Virus record (IMG/VR): IMGVR_UViG_3300026549_000015
Length of the DNA: 38,495 bases
Reading direction: 5' to 3' (one strand)
Source: a virus
A program made the position numbers and the translations under genes. A model generated the notes under the pieces. The model did not search any database. It saw nothing but the letters and a program-made list of their open reading frames with translations, and was not told where the DNA came from. The number at the start of each line of letters is the position of its first letter. Positions within the stretch are counted from its first letter, which is position 1. Positions 15,243-24,911 of this stretch are shown here, one piece after another.

Positions 15243-16771
15243 TGCTTTATGATTTTACAGATATTTCAGCAAAGAGATCACGCATTTCCGATCTTCCAGC
15301 TGAAGCTATGTCAATAAATGGCGTATTCCTCGAAAACGTTATCGATGGTTATCGTACTCTTTCAGTATCTGGCAGAGAATCTATTAAAGCAGATATTACC
15401 AAAATAGAAAAGATAAGGGTAAGCGGCGATATATACCAGTATCGCCGCTATCCTTCCAGAACACTGACTGTAACATATCAATTGATTGCTGATTCTCCGG
15501 AGCAATTTCGAAAAAGCTATACTGATCTGAATGCTTTTCTAAACGTAGAGAATGCACAGCTTATCTTTAACGATGAACTGGACAAATATTTTGTTGGTAC
15601 ACCAACTCAGATAGGCTCTGTGGATCCAGGGAAACTGGCAGTTATCGGTGAGATTGCAATAGAATGTCAGGATCCGTTTAAATACGATGTGAGGGAGACA
15701 GAGGTACAGCCTAAAGACGGAGAATTTATTGTTGATTATCCCGGGTCTGTCTTTTGCTATCCGACATTTACGGCTGCTGTAAAATCTGATCTCGGGTTCA
15801 TGTCTTTTGTTAAAGATACCGGAGCAGTGCTGCAGATTGGAGATCCACTGGAGACGAACTACGGCTATAAACAGTACTCAAAGGCTTTGTATACGCATGA
15901 TTTTAAAAAACATGGATTCGACAAGAATAACTGGGTAATGAACAGAGCGCCGTATGACACACTACTGCATTATCATCCTTTTGTGGGACATATAGCTGAA
16001 AGCAGTGATGGTATATATGCTGATAATTATGGTGACAGAAGCCATTACACATATTATCATGGCCCATCAATCACACATACCTTATCAGAACCGGCAGAGA
16101 ACTTTACTTTCCGGTATACCTTAAAACATTCCAAAAACTCTGTAAAAACACAGAAGGAATCAGCAGCTATTATATCCGGGGAAACCAGTTCCGGGAAGAC
16201 AATTTCATTAATGGAAATCCATGTTTATGATGTCAGCGATGGGAATTTCAATTCAGCTATACTCTATTATGTTAATAAAAGCTGCATCAAAACTACGAAT
16301 ATATCAGGAAAGGCTAATAACGGTTATACAACTGGCAACGGTTACCTGGAAATGCGTAAATTTGGTAACGAGTTTACTTTCTCGGTTAACGGAAAAAATA
16401 TTATCCAGGTTACCTTCGATGATCTGTCCAGTGTAAAAGCCACAGCCATATCCTTTGTGTTCGGTAGTAATATGGAGGACTGGGAAAATACCGGCTATAA
16501 CGATATTGGATATTGTTCCTTTATATCGCACAGCGCGCAGAAATGGGAAGATGTGACCAACAAGTTCATGGCTGATGACCAGGTGAATGTAGATTGTTCT
16601 CAGGGATTGATCGCAGTCAATGGGTCCGTGCAATATGGACTTGGCGCGCTTGGAAATGACTGGGAAGACTTTACACTGACACCTGGTATCAATCATATTA
16701 AGATAGCTTATTCATCGTGGGCTGACAGCCCTCCGGAGTTCACACTAAAGTACAGAGGCCGATATATATGA
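15242..16771 (+). CDS. Distal tail protein (Dit, Sipho_tail-like) with a long C-terminal extension
   Basis: The N-terminal region 'INGVFLENVIDGYRTLSVSGRE...RTLTVTYQLIADSPEQFRKSYTDLNAFLN..AQLIFNDELDKYFVG' looks Dit-like. Position directly follows the tape measure gene. Confidence 0.75.
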   Translation: MLYDFTDISAKRSRISDLPAEAMSINGVFLENVIDGYRTLSVSGRESIKADITKIEKIRVSGDIYQYRRYPSRTLTVTYQLIADSPEQFRKSYTDLNAFLNVENAQLIFNDELDKYFVGTPTQIGSVDPGKLAVIGEIAIECQDPFKYDVRETEVQPKDGEFIVDYPGSVFCYPTFTAAVKSDLGFMSFVKDTGAVLQIGDPLETNYGYKQYSKALYTHDFKKHGFDKNNWVMNRAPYDTLLHYHPFVGHIAESSDGIYADNYGDRSHYTYYHGPSITHTLSEPAENFTFRYTLKHSKNSVKTQKESAAIISGETSSGKTISLMEIHVYDVSDGNFNSAILYYVNKSCIKTTNISGKANNGYTTGNGYLEMRKFGNEFTFSVNGKNIIQVTFDDLSSVKATAISFVFGSNMEDWENTGYNDIGYCSFISHSAQKWEDVTNKFMADDQVNVDCSQGLIAVNGSVQYGLGALGNDWEDFTLTPGINHIKIAYSSWADSPPEFTLKYRGRYI

Positions 16772-18372
16772 TCTGTTATTTTGCTAATAGGAATATGAAA
16801 GTCATCGGCATGGCTTCCACTGAATTGCCGGATGGATACTATATCAGTGATGATAAGTGGGTAGAAGATATTGACAGTGGTGTGGCGACATTCGAATTTA
16901 AAATAGGTTATACCGATTCGCAGCATCTGACAGTGAAGGATATGTGTCAGGTAGGTAATTATGTATTCCGCAGTCATGACAATGACGGAGAAATTTATAT
17001 AATTACGGATACTACCGACGAAAGCGGTACCTTCACGATTTACGCTGAGGATGCCGGTCTGGATCTTTTAAATGATGTCTGCGGGGCTTTCTCAGCGGAT
17101 CAGGCGCATTATATAACCTGGTATATCAATAAATTCGCGGCAGGATCCGGCTTTGAAATAGGAATAAATGAAATTCCTAACTATATGCGCTTGCTGTCTT
17201 GGGAAGGTGAGTCCACAGCAACAGAGCGGATCAGGTCAGTTGCCACACAGTTTGACAATGCGGAAATCGGATACTCGTATGAGATTGACAAGCTGAATGT
17301 TATTCATAAATACATTAATATCTATAAAAAGCGTGGGAAGGACGTCCTGCAAGAGCTTCGGCTGGAACGAGAGATTAAATCAATAACAGAAACACGATCT
17401 ATTACTAATCTAGCTACAGCTCTTGCAGTTACCGGCGGAACACCGGAAGGTCAGGATGATCCAATCACCCTTGCCGGTTATCAGTATGATGATGGTGATA
17501 TTTATGTGTCGGATGATGGGATAGTTTGCAGCCGGGAAGCTAATAAAAACTGGCCAAGACCAGGTACAGCAGATTACATTACTGCCTCATATAGCTATGA
17601 CACTACCAGCCAGAAGGAATTACTGAGCAGAGCGATCACAGAACTGAAGAAACGGCGAGAACCGGAAGTTAACTATGATATCGATCTTTATTATCTGCCA
17701 CAGAATCTGCGGATTGGCGATAGAGTAAGAATTGTTGATAATCATGGGAAACTGTATTTGTCGGCAAGGCTGCTGCAGCTTTCACAGAGTGTTTGCGAAA
17801 ATATGAACAGTGCAATATTCGGTGAATATCTGATAACAGATTCCGGCCTTTCAGATATGGTTCTGGATTTGTCACAGAAATACACCGAAGCTGTAAAGCA
17901 CAGACCAATTTATACCTGGATTGCATATGCCGATGACAGTGAAGGTACAGGAATATCTACATCTCCTGATGGGAAAAAGTATATAGGAGTCGCTGCCAAT
18001 AGATCGACACTTACCCCTGATCTGACAGATCCTACTGTATATACATGGTCATTGGCAAAGGGTACTGATGCAATCCTTTTACAAATAGAGAGTGTTAATG
18101 GCACATATTTTAAGAATACGGCAGTCAATACCACCTTGACAGTAACCATCAGGATAGGTGGCACAATTATCACGAATAGTGAGCAATTAGCAGAATATTT
18201 TGGAGGCGGTGCGTCTCTTGTCTGGAGCGAAAAGAAAAAAGGCGAAACAGAATATACTCAGATCAGCAGTAATGACAGCCGGATCGGAGATAAAGGTTTT
18301 TATATGACAATTAGCGCATCGGATATTGATGAGCAGTCAGTTTTCGAATGCGTACTAAACCTGGAGGAATAA
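16768..18372 (+). CDS. Tail-associated protein (Tal / prophage tail endopeptidase-like baseplate hub)
   Basis: 534 aa, follows Dit with an ATGA overlap. Contains 'IYTWIAYADDSEGTGISTSPDGKKYIGVAANRS..DPTVYTWSL', a motif common in siphophage host-specificity proteins, and an Ig-like C-terminal module. Confidence 0.7.
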   Translation: MICYFANRNMKVIGMASTELPDGYYISDDKWVEDIDSGVATFEFKIGYTDSQHLTVKDMCQVGNYVFRSHDNDGEIYIITDTTDESGTFTIYAEDAGLDLLNDVCGAFSADQAHYITWYINKFAAGSGFEIGINEIPNYMRLLSWEGESTATERIRSVATQFDNAEIGYSYEIDKLNVIHKYINIYKKRGKDVLQELRLEREIKSITETRSITNLATALAVTGGTPEGQDDPITLAGYQYDDGDIYVSDDGIVCSREANKNWPRPGTADYITASYSYDTTSQKELLSRAITELKKRREPEVNYDIDLYYLPQNLRIGDRVRIVDNHGKLYLSARLLQLSQSVCENMNSAIFGEYLITDSGLSDMVLDLSQKYTEAVKHRPIYTWIAYADDSEGTGISTSPDGKKYIGVAANRSTLTPDLTDPTVYTWSLAKGTDAILLQIESVNGTYFKNTAVNTTLTVTIRIGGTIITNSEQLAEYFGGGASLVWSEKKKGETEYTQISSNDSRIGDKGFYMTISASDIDEQSVFECVLNLEE

Positions 18373-18373
18373 A

Positions 18374-19453
18374 ATGGCAACAATTAAGGCTAGTAACCAG
18401 ATTTCATTAACCGATTTAACAGATGCTTATAGCGTAATCTTATCATCTGACTCATGCACTTTTGTTGGAAACACAACATCTGTAAATTCTACACAGATAA
18501 TGAAAGTGACTGTTACAGCGATGCGAGGAGCTGACATTGTGGCTTGCACGGTTGGTGATATGACCTACTCTACCTCGGGTATCAGCGCAACAGCCAGCAC
18601 AGCTACGAGCCCTGTTGTGACGATTACAGCATCCACTTCTCTGAAAGCAGCAGGCACAATTACAATTCCGGTAACCATTACAGATGCTGACGTAACGATT
18701 AATAAGATATTTAATTTCGCTATTGCGTTTACTGGTGCAACTGGAGCTACCGGTAAGGGAATCAAGTCAACTACCGTAACTTATCAGGTTGGCACATCCG
18801 GAACAACAGCACCGACTGGTACGTGGAACGATAAAGTTGTTGCTACTACTGCAGCAGGCCAGTATTTGTGGACCAAGACTGTTATTACTTATACCGATAA
18901 CAGCACCACAACGACTTATGCTGTTGCGGCCCATGGAGCCACTGGAGCGAAGGGAGATACTGGCGCGAAGGGAGATACTGGTGCAACCGGAAAGGGTATA
19001 AAATCAACCGCCACGACATATCAGCTGTCAACAAGCGGTACAACCGTACCTACTGGCAGCTGGTCCAGCAGTGTGTTAGCTCCGACCACATCACAGTTCC
19101 TCTGGACAAGGACTATTACGACATACACCGACGATACCACTTCTACAGCCTACAGTGTCGGCGGTAAAGTTGGAGCAACTGGTGCAAAAGGTTCCGACGC
19201 TATCACAATGTCGATTACCAGCTCCAATGGATTTGTATTCAAGAATACCTCTGTTAATACTACGCTTACTGCTCATGTGTATCAGGCAGGAAAGGAACTG
19301 ACGTCTTCCACATCTCCGACGCTTGCATCTGTTGGCACGATTAAATGGTATAAAGATGGCGGCACAACGGCGGTAGGTACTGGTCAGACATTAACGGTTA
19401 CATCTTCTGATGTCACTGACAATGCGAGTTATACCGCACAGCTGGAGGCGTAA
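18374..19453 (+). CDS. Tail fibre protein with collagen-like Gly-X-Y runs and duplicated modules
   Basis: 'GATGATGKG', 'GATGAKGDTGAKGDTGATGKG' and 'GATGAKG', plus two copies of a 'KGIKS..TYQ.S.SGTT.PTG.W....YLWT.T..TYTD' module. Confidence 0.75.
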   Translation: MATIKASNQISLTDLTDAYSVILSSDSCTFVGNTTSVNSTQIMKVTVTAMRGADIVACTVGDMTYSTSGISATASTATSPVVTITASTSLKAAGTITIPVTITDADVTINKIFNFAIAFTGATGATGKGIKSTTVTYQVGTSGTTAPTGTWNDKVVATTAAGQYLWTKTVITYTDNSTTTTYAVAAHGATGAKGDTGAKGDTGATGKGIKSTATTYQLSTSGTTVPTGSWSSSVLAPTTSQFLWTRTITTYTDDTTSTAYSVGGKVGATGAKGSDAITMSITSSNGFVFKNTSVNTTLTAHVYQAGKELTSSTSPTLASVGTIKWYKDGGTTAVGTGQTLTVTSSDVTDNASYTAQLEA

Positions 19454-19456
19454 TGA

Positions 19457-20173
19457 ATGGCTGTTATAGTTTCTGCTCAGGTACACCTGGAACAGATTAA
19501 TGATGGCAAGACAGGAAAAGGTGTCAAAGCTATCGTTGAGCAGTATTGTCTGTCAACAGATAATACGACGGCACCGACATCTGATTGGAGTACAACTCAG
19601 CCGGAATGGACATCAGGTCATTATATTTGGACAAGATCACAGATAACATGGACTGATGATTCAGTCACCACTACAACACCGGTGTTAGCGGATGCGATCA
19701 ATGAAGCCAACAGTACGGCTAATGAGGCAGCAGATAAGGCTAACACAGCCGAATCAACTGCGCAGAATGCAGAAAACAAGGCGGACAGCGCACAAGGAAA
19801 ACTCGATTCTTTATCAGATAGTTATATAAATCTTTTTGATAAATTATATAACACGGACAACGGCGATATTACCAATATCCTGTCAACACTTTCCAGCTAC
19901 GGGGCATATATCGGCATTGATCCGTCAATCCCAGCGCTCATTATCGGCAGGAGCGAGGCCGGAACGCGGATGGTGCTCACCGACGAACAGCTGCAATTTT
20001 TGGTTAACAGCAATGTGCCTGCCGTATATTTATCTAATCAGAGATTATATGCTCCAGAATCAGAAGTAACAACATTATTTTTCGGAGTTACTGATTCTAG
20101 TGGGAATACGATTGGTACCTGTGGCTGGATACAGAGGAGTAACGGACATCTATCGCTTAAGAAGATACGATGA
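19457..20173 (+). CDS. Tail fibre / baseplate structural protein (third copy of the fibre module plus a coiled coil)
   Basis: 'GKGVKAIVEQYCLSTDNTTAPTSDWS...HYIWTRSQITWTDD' followed by 'NEANSTANEAADKANTAESTAQNAENKADSAQGKLDS'. Confidence 0.65.
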   Translation: MAVIVSAQVHLEQINDGKTGKGVKAIVEQYCLSTDNTTAPTSDWSTTQPEWTSGHYIWTRSQITWTDDSVTTTTPVLADAINEANSTANEAADKANTAESTAQNAENKADSAQGKLDSLSDSYINLFDKLYNTDNGDITNILSTLSSYGAYIGIDPSIPALIIGRSEAGTRMVLTDEQLQFLVNSNVPAVYLSNQRLYAPESEVTTLFFGVTDSSGNTIGTCGWIQRSNGHLSLKKIR

Positions 20174-20187
20174 GGAGGTGAGGAACA

Positions 20188-21675
20188 ATGGCAACCATTT
20201 ATGGCGGAAACTTTGATAAAGGCAATAAAGCGGTATTAGAATGCCGTACCTGGGAATCCGATGATAATTTCGGATTATGGTGTGATGGACAGTTATATTC
20301 CAATGTAACGTGGTCGAACTATACTTACACAGGAACTTTGTCCTGCGACGGATCATGGACCGGTTCAAAAGGATCATGGTCAAACGGGAAATATTCTACT
20401 TTTACTCTGATAAGCGATCAGAGAGTGTGCAATGTTACCAAAAGTCACGATTGGCAGAGTCGTACAGCAACGTGGTCAATTACGTCCAATTCAGGTGCTT
20501 CTTCATCGTGCAGTTATACGGTGTCTATTCCTCCACGAACTTCTTATGCGGTATCCTATAATGCCAATGGCGGAACAAATCCTCCGGGATCACAGACAAA
20601 ATGGTATGGGGAGAACCTTAAACTGCATACCTCAATTCCTACACGTACGAATTACAAATTCAAGGGATGGTCGACATCTTCAAACGGATCTGTAGCATAT
20701 GCAGCAGGCGCTTCTTATACAAACAATTCATCCGTTACACTATATGCTGTATGGGAACTTGCCTATGTAGCACCTAAAATTGAAAACCTCATTGCCAGCA
20801 GAGTCGAAGGAAATGAGACAGCTATAAATATTTCCTTTAATTGGACTGCTGGTACAAATGGGTCCACTGTATTAGGCGAAACAATTACCATATTCAAGAA
20901 GCTTCAGAGTGATAGCAGCTATCCGAGCTCTGCGGCATACACATCTTCAGTTACAGCAGCAAGCGGAACTGTATCGACCACACTTACTGGATTTAATACT
21001 GACAGTCAGTACGATCTCCTTGTGAAACTTACAGATTCAACCGGAAGCATCCAAAGAACGACTTATGTATCAACCGTTGCTTACATAATCGACATTAACG
21101 AAGACGGAACCGGAATGGGAATCGGAAAAGCTTCTGAAGGTGAAGGACTTGAAATAGGATGGGCCATTAAGGTTCTTAACGATTCCGGAGCGCTTACTAA
21201 GCTAAGGGATTATATTCATCCGATCGGAAGTATTTACATAAGTGCATCCAGTACAAATCCAGCATTGATCTGGGGTGGAACGTGGACACAGATTAAGGGG
21301 CGTTTTCTTATTGCCACTGGCAACAATGACGCGAACACCACAAACTACTGGGGAAGTTTTTCAGCAAATACTATAAACTGTCCAGCTGGAGAAAAAGGCG
21401 GTGAATCACAGCACACCTTATCTATCAATGAGATGCCAGAGCATAATCATAAAGGACGGTTTAAAGGAACTTGGAATGAATCTTACACTACGTGGAATAA
21501 CATGAACGTTTTTTCGCATAATGCGTACGATTGGTGCGGAACATCTTCTCCCGATAACAGACATACTATCATCGGTGGTTCTCCAGGTTCTCCAATTACC
21601 AATACAGGTGGAGGTGCTGCGCACAACAATATGCCACCTTACCTTTCAGTGTATATGTGGCAAAGGACCGGTTAA
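20188..21675 (+). CDS. Receptor-binding tail fibre protein 1 (Listeria-Bacteroides repeat-like domain plus tail-collar-like HxH C-terminal domain)
   Basis: 'YAVSYNANGGTNPPGSQTKWYGENLKLHTSIPTRTNYKFKGWSTSSNGSVAYAAGASYTNNSSVTLYAVW' looks like a Flg_new-type repeat. The C-terminus is 'PIGSIYIS...GGESQHTLSINEMPEHNH...GGGAAHNNMPPYLSVYMWQRT'. Confidence 0.7.
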   Translation: MATIYGGNFDKGNKAVLECRTWESDDNFGLWCDGQLYSNVTWSNYTYTGTLSCDGSWTGSKGSWSNGKYSTFTLISDQRVCNVTKSHDWQSRTATWSITSNSGASSSCSYTVSIPPRTSYAVSYNANGGTNPPGSQTKWYGENLKLHTSIPTRTNYKFKGWSTSSNGSVAYAAGASYTNNSSVTLYAVWELAYVAPKIENLIASRVEGNETAINISFNWTAGTNGSTVLGETITIFKKLQSDSSYPSSAAYTSSVTAASGTVSTTLTGFNTDSQYDLLVKLTDSTGSIQRTTYVSTVAYIIDINEDGTGMGIGKASEGEGLEIGWAIKVLNDSGALTKLRDYIHPIGSIYISASSTNPALIWGGTWTQIKGRFLIATGNNDANTTNYWGSFSANTINCPAGEKGGESQHTLSINEMPEHNHKGRFKGTWNESYTTWNNMNVFSHNAYDWCGTSSPDNRHTIIGGSPGSPITNTGGGAAHNNMPPYLSVYMWQRTG

Positions 21676-21693
21676 GTACCGGCAGGAGGAAGT

Positions 21694-22311
21694 ATGGAAA
21701 TTATATTTGATGACATCAGTATCGAAGGCGAGAAATCAGGTACATATTTTTTAACGAGTCAGTACATACCGGATGATATTCTTGAAAAAACAAAAAAGAT
21801 TTCGGTCATCGACGGTGATGACAAAACTGAATACCTTAATCCTAAAATCGAGGAGTATAAATACGATCAAGATCTGGAAAAGTATATTCTTGGGTTCTGT
21901 GTTTTGTCAGAAACTGAGGTAAACGAAAAGATCGATTCCATTATCGATGAAAATCTCGATCAGTTCAGTAAAATCCTTCCGACATTTACCACTGGTATGA
22001 AGTATACAAAGGGGAACATGGTCGTTTACGAAAACTCCGTATACCGGGTATTACAGGATCATACCTCCCAGAATGACTGGACTCCTGACAAGACTGCATC
22101 GCTTTTTGTTAAGGTCGCGGGAGCTGAAGTATCTGATTCAGGCGAAGTTACCGTTAATGAATGGCCGAATTTTGTTCAGCCTACAGGAGCTACAGACGCA
22201 TATTCCAAGGACTCGAAAGTGACGTTTGAGGGGTGTCACTACATATCTCTGATTGATAACAATGTCTGGAGTCCGGTAACATATCCTGATGGATGGACCA
22301 AGGAGGAGTAA
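21694..22311 (+). CDS. Protein with two CBM5/12-like carbohydrate-binding repeats
   Basis: 'YTKGNMVVYENSVYRVLQDHTSQNDWTPDKTASLF' and 'YSKDSKVTFEGCHYISLIDNNVWSPVTYPDGW' resemble the chitin-binding-domain pattern Y..G..V.Y.G..Y..LQ.HTS...W.P.....LW. Confidence 0.6.
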   Translation: MEIIFDDISIEGEKSGTYFLTSQYIPDDILEKTKKISVIDGDDKTEYLNPKIEEYKYDQDLEKYILGFCVLSETEVNEKIDSIIDENLDQFSKILPTFTTGMKYTKGNMVVYENSVYRVLQDHTSQNDWTPDKTASLFVKVAGAEVSDSGEVTVNEWPNFVQPTGATDAYSKDSKVTFEGCHYISLIDNNVWSPVTYPDGWTKEE

Positions 22312-23327
22312 TGCTTAAACAGATTAATGTAATCCCTGATTTTTCGTTTGATTCTGTAAATACAGTCATCTCGCTTAGCCAGTATGATGCTTCTTATGTT
22401 ATCAATTTTGATCTGTCGCATTTTGAAGGAGTCAGCTCTGTAGCATATGCCAGACTTGATGGATTAAAGGCAGACGGCAAAGGTTTCTCAGCAAACCTCA
22501 CATTATCAGATAACGTAGCAGTGCTGACTGGCAACGATCAGCTGACAGCTGCTGCAGGAAGAGGGACATTCGAACTCGTGCTGCTGGACGCAGAGAAGAC
22601 ACGGATCGGCTCGCACAATCTCTATGTGGATGTGGAGGCGGCTCCGCTTGCTGATGATAGTTTTATATCTAACACTGAGATTCCTAGCCTGATCGACCTT
22701 GGACGGCAGAATGCTGCAGATGCAAAGACTGCTGAGACAAGTGCGGAACAGGCGGCAGCTCTTGCGAAAAGCAGTGCGGACGAAGCGAAGGCAGCTGCTG
22801 CGCAGGCATCAAAGTCTGTGGAAGATGCACAGGCGTTGGACGACGATTTGAAGAAGAACATCACCGCTGCTACCACCATCAATGCGCAGCTGAGAGAGGC
22901 GATTGCCAATACCCCAGCTAGTGTCGGCGTGGATACGATCTATCCGGTCGGCTCTATCTATATGTCAATGGCGGTTACGGATCCGAGTTCGGTGTGGCCC
23001 GGGACTACATGGGAACGTATACAAGATATGTTCTTGCTTGCTGCCGGCAATACATATGCAGCCGGTGCAACTGGCGGTGAAGCTACACATAAGCTGACAA
23101 AAGAAGAAATGCCAAGTCATACGCATTATGAAAGATTCCGAGGGAAATGGCAAGTGGAGCCGGTATATGCCAGAAATATCAACGCTTTCTCTCATGCCAG
23201 TTATGACTGGATAGGAGAAAGCGATCAGGTTACGCATACTCCTTGTAGCGATTATGTCGGAGGAGACCAGGCGCATAATAACCTGCCGCCTTATATTGCC
23301 GTATATATGTGGAAGAGAACCGCTTGA
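22311..23327 (+). CDS. Receptor-binding tail fibre protein 2 (coiled coil plus the same tail-collar-like HxH C-terminal domain)
   Basis: ATG at 22311 follows AGGAGGAG. 'AADAKTAETSAEQAAALAKSSADEAKAAAAQASKSVEDAQ' is followed by 'PVGSIYMS...GGEATHKLTKEEMPSHTH...GGDQAHNNLPPYIAVYMWKRT'. Confidence 0.7.
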   Translation: MLKQINVIPDFSFDSVNTVISLSQYDASYVINFDLSHFEGVSSVAYARLDGLKADGKGFSANLTLSDNVAVLTGNDQLTAAAGRGTFELVLLDAEKTRIGSHNLYVDVEAAPLADDSFISNTEIPSLIDLGRQNAADAKTAETSAEQAAALAKSSADEAKAAAAQASKSVEDAQALDDDLKKNITAATTINAQLREAIANTPASVGVDTIYPVGSIYMSMAVTDPSSVWPGTTWERIQDMFLLAAGNTYAAGATGGEATHKLTKEEMPSHTHYERFRGKWQVEPVYARNINAFSHASYDWIGESDQVTHTPCSDYVGGDQAHNNLPPYIAVYMWKRTA

Positions 23328-23336
23328 GGAGGAAAA

Positions 23337-23609
23337 ATGACACCACTAGATTCGACAATAATTGTTGCCCTAATCACAGGTGGCCTGTCACTACTTGGCG
23401 TGATCATCACTGTCAGGCAGGGGAACACACGAACAGAGCAAATGCTCGCCGCACATCAGGCCGTGCAGGATACGAAGATCGACCATCTGACAGAAGAGGT
23501 TAAAAAGCACAACAACTTTGCATCCGAAATACCCGCCATCAAGCAAAAGATCGCAGACATCGAGAAGCGGGTAGACCGGATAGAGGAACATATGACGGAT
23601 ATAAACTAG
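23337..23609 (+). CDS. Membrane-anchored coiled-coil protein, probably lysis-associated
   Basis: N-terminal transmembrane segment 'IIVALITGGLSLLGVIITV' and C-terminal 'IKQKIADIEKRVDRIEEH'. Sits immediately upstream of the holin. Confidence 0.5.
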   Translation: MTPLDSTIIVALITGGLSLLGVIITVRQGNTRTEQMLAAHQAVQDTKIDHLTEEVKKHNNFASEIPAIKQKIADIEKRVDRIEEHMTDIN

Positions 23610-23645
23610 GGAAAAGATTTTTAGAAAATTCAGAGGAGGGATGAC

Positions 23646-23837
23646 ATGAGCAGAGAATGGTTAAGAGCAGCGGGGATCCGCGCACTCAAGACAGTTTGCC
23701 AGAGTGCGGTGGCACTGATCCCGGCAGCGGTCACGATCTCCGCCGTTGACTGGAAGACGGTCATCGGCACGGCACTTCTGGCGGGCGTGGTCAGCTTGCT
23801 GACAAGTGTAGCTGGACTGCCGGAAGTGGATAACTAA
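23646..23837 (+). CDS. Holin (r1t/LL-H-like small two-TM protein)
   Basis: 63 aa. 'RALKTVCQSAVALIPAAV...DWKTVIGTALLAGVVSLLTSVAGLPE'. Located directly before the endolysin. Confidence 0.75.
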   Translation: MSREWLRAAGIRALKTVCQSAVALIPAAVTISAVDWKTVIGTALLAGVVSLLTSVAGLPEVDN

Positions 23838-23872
23838 GAGATTAACAATGAGATTAACAAAGAGGTGTTTGC

Positions 23873-24793
23873 ATGAGTTATCAGTTAATTACATCTTATG
23901 TATCAAATAACTGCGGGTACAATCCGCACTATTCACATGGCGGCAATTCCGTCAGAGAAATCATCATCCATCACTGGGGCGTTGACGGACAGTCCTTCTC
24001 CGATGTTTGCTCGTGGCTGTGCCGGAAAAATGGGAATTCCTCCGCACACTATGTTGTAGAGTCCGGCAAGGTGGCGAGACTGATGCCGGAAAAGGATTGT
24101 GCATGGCATGCTGGTAACCGGTATGTTAACATGCACTCCATTGGCATTGAATGCAGGCCGGAGATGTCTGCCGGAGACCTTCAGACGGTGATCGAGCTGG
24201 TTGCAGACATCTTCCGCAGATATGGCGTCTTGCCAATCAGAGGACACAAGGACGTAGCATCGACAGACTGCCCTGGCAGATATTACTCACATCTATCAGA
24301 AATTAAAGCAAAAGCCACAGCTCTGGCAAAAGGATCCGCCGCAGCGGCTGCCACATCGACTGCCACAGCACAGCCTTCAGGCTCCGATCTGATCAAGACG
24401 GCGCAAAGAGCGGCAAATTATTTTGTTGCCGCAAGGCTTGACGTCGACGGCATCAGAGGGCCGCTTACCAATGCAGGTGTGATCAAATGCCTGCAGAAAG
24501 CAATGAATAACGACTATGCTTCCGGGTTAGCTGTCGACGGAATTTATGGTCCGCTGACACAAAAGGCACTCGGCAATCACTACGTCAGACGGAACGAGAG
24601 GCAGTATATGGTTACCTTTGTTGAGATCGCCCTGTATGCCTTGAATTACAATCCAAACGGGATTGAGTATCCTGGAGAGTTTGGGGCAGGTTTAGAGGCG
24701 GCTGTGCGAAAATTCCAGAAGAATAACAGACTGGCAGTTGACGGTATCGTTGGATATAATACCTACAGGAAACTGATATCTAAATTTGTGTAA
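23873..24793 (+). CDS. Endolysin: N-acetylmuramoyl-L-alanine amidase (Amidase_2/PGRP) with peptidoglycan-binding repeats
   Basis: 'IIIHHWG...SAHYVV...CAWHAGN...NMHSIGIE...GHKDVASTDCPG', then three 'VDGI.GP.T' PG_binding_1-like repeats. Confidence 0.9.
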   Translation: MSYQLITSYVSNNCGYNPHYSHGGNSVREIIIHHWGVDGQSFSDVCSWLCRKNGNSSAHYVVESGKVARLMPEKDCAWHAGNRYVNMHSIGIECRPEMSAGDLQTVIELVADIFRRYGVLPIRGHKDVASTDCPGRYYSHLSEIKAKATALAKGSAAAAATSTATAQPSGSDLIKTAQRAANYFVAARLDVDGIRGPLTNAGVIKCLQKAMNNDYASGLAVDGIYGPLTQKALGNHYVRRNERQYMVTFVEIALYALNYNPNGIEYPGEFGAGLEAAVRKFQKNNRLAVDGIVGYNTYRKLISKFV

Positions 24794-24810
24794 AATGCAT
24801 ATAACGTTTT

Positions 24811-24852
24811 GGGGCTGTCGCATTAGATAATGCGACAGCCCCTCACTTGTTT
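24811..24852 (+). terminator. Rho-independent terminator of the late/lysis operon
   Basis: ggggctgtcgcat / atgcgacagcccc forms a perfect 13-15 bp stem (24811-24842), followed by tcacttgtttt. Confidence 0.8.
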
Positions 24853-24888
24853 TAGATGGGATTATATAGCTTGCATGGCAATGAATTT

Positions 24889-24911
24889 TGACACACTTTT
24901 TGACACACCCT
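24889..24911 (+). repeat. Paired direct repeat tgacacac-N4-tgacacaccct; candidate integrase arm-type site (copy 1)
   Basis: 'tgacacactttttgacacaccct' is nearly identical to 25108-25130. Confidence 0.6.

Noticed and set aside
18752-19685. Possible DGR template/variable repeat pair in the fibre genes
   Set aside because: No reverse transcriptase ORF occurs anywhere in the window. The copies differ at all base types rather than mainly at adenines, and at the protein level they are diverged modules.
23337-23609. Calling this ORF XhlA
   Set aside because: As I recall XhlA-family proteins, the transmembrane segment is C-terminal. Here it is N-terminal, so only a generic lysis-associated membrane protein call is supported.
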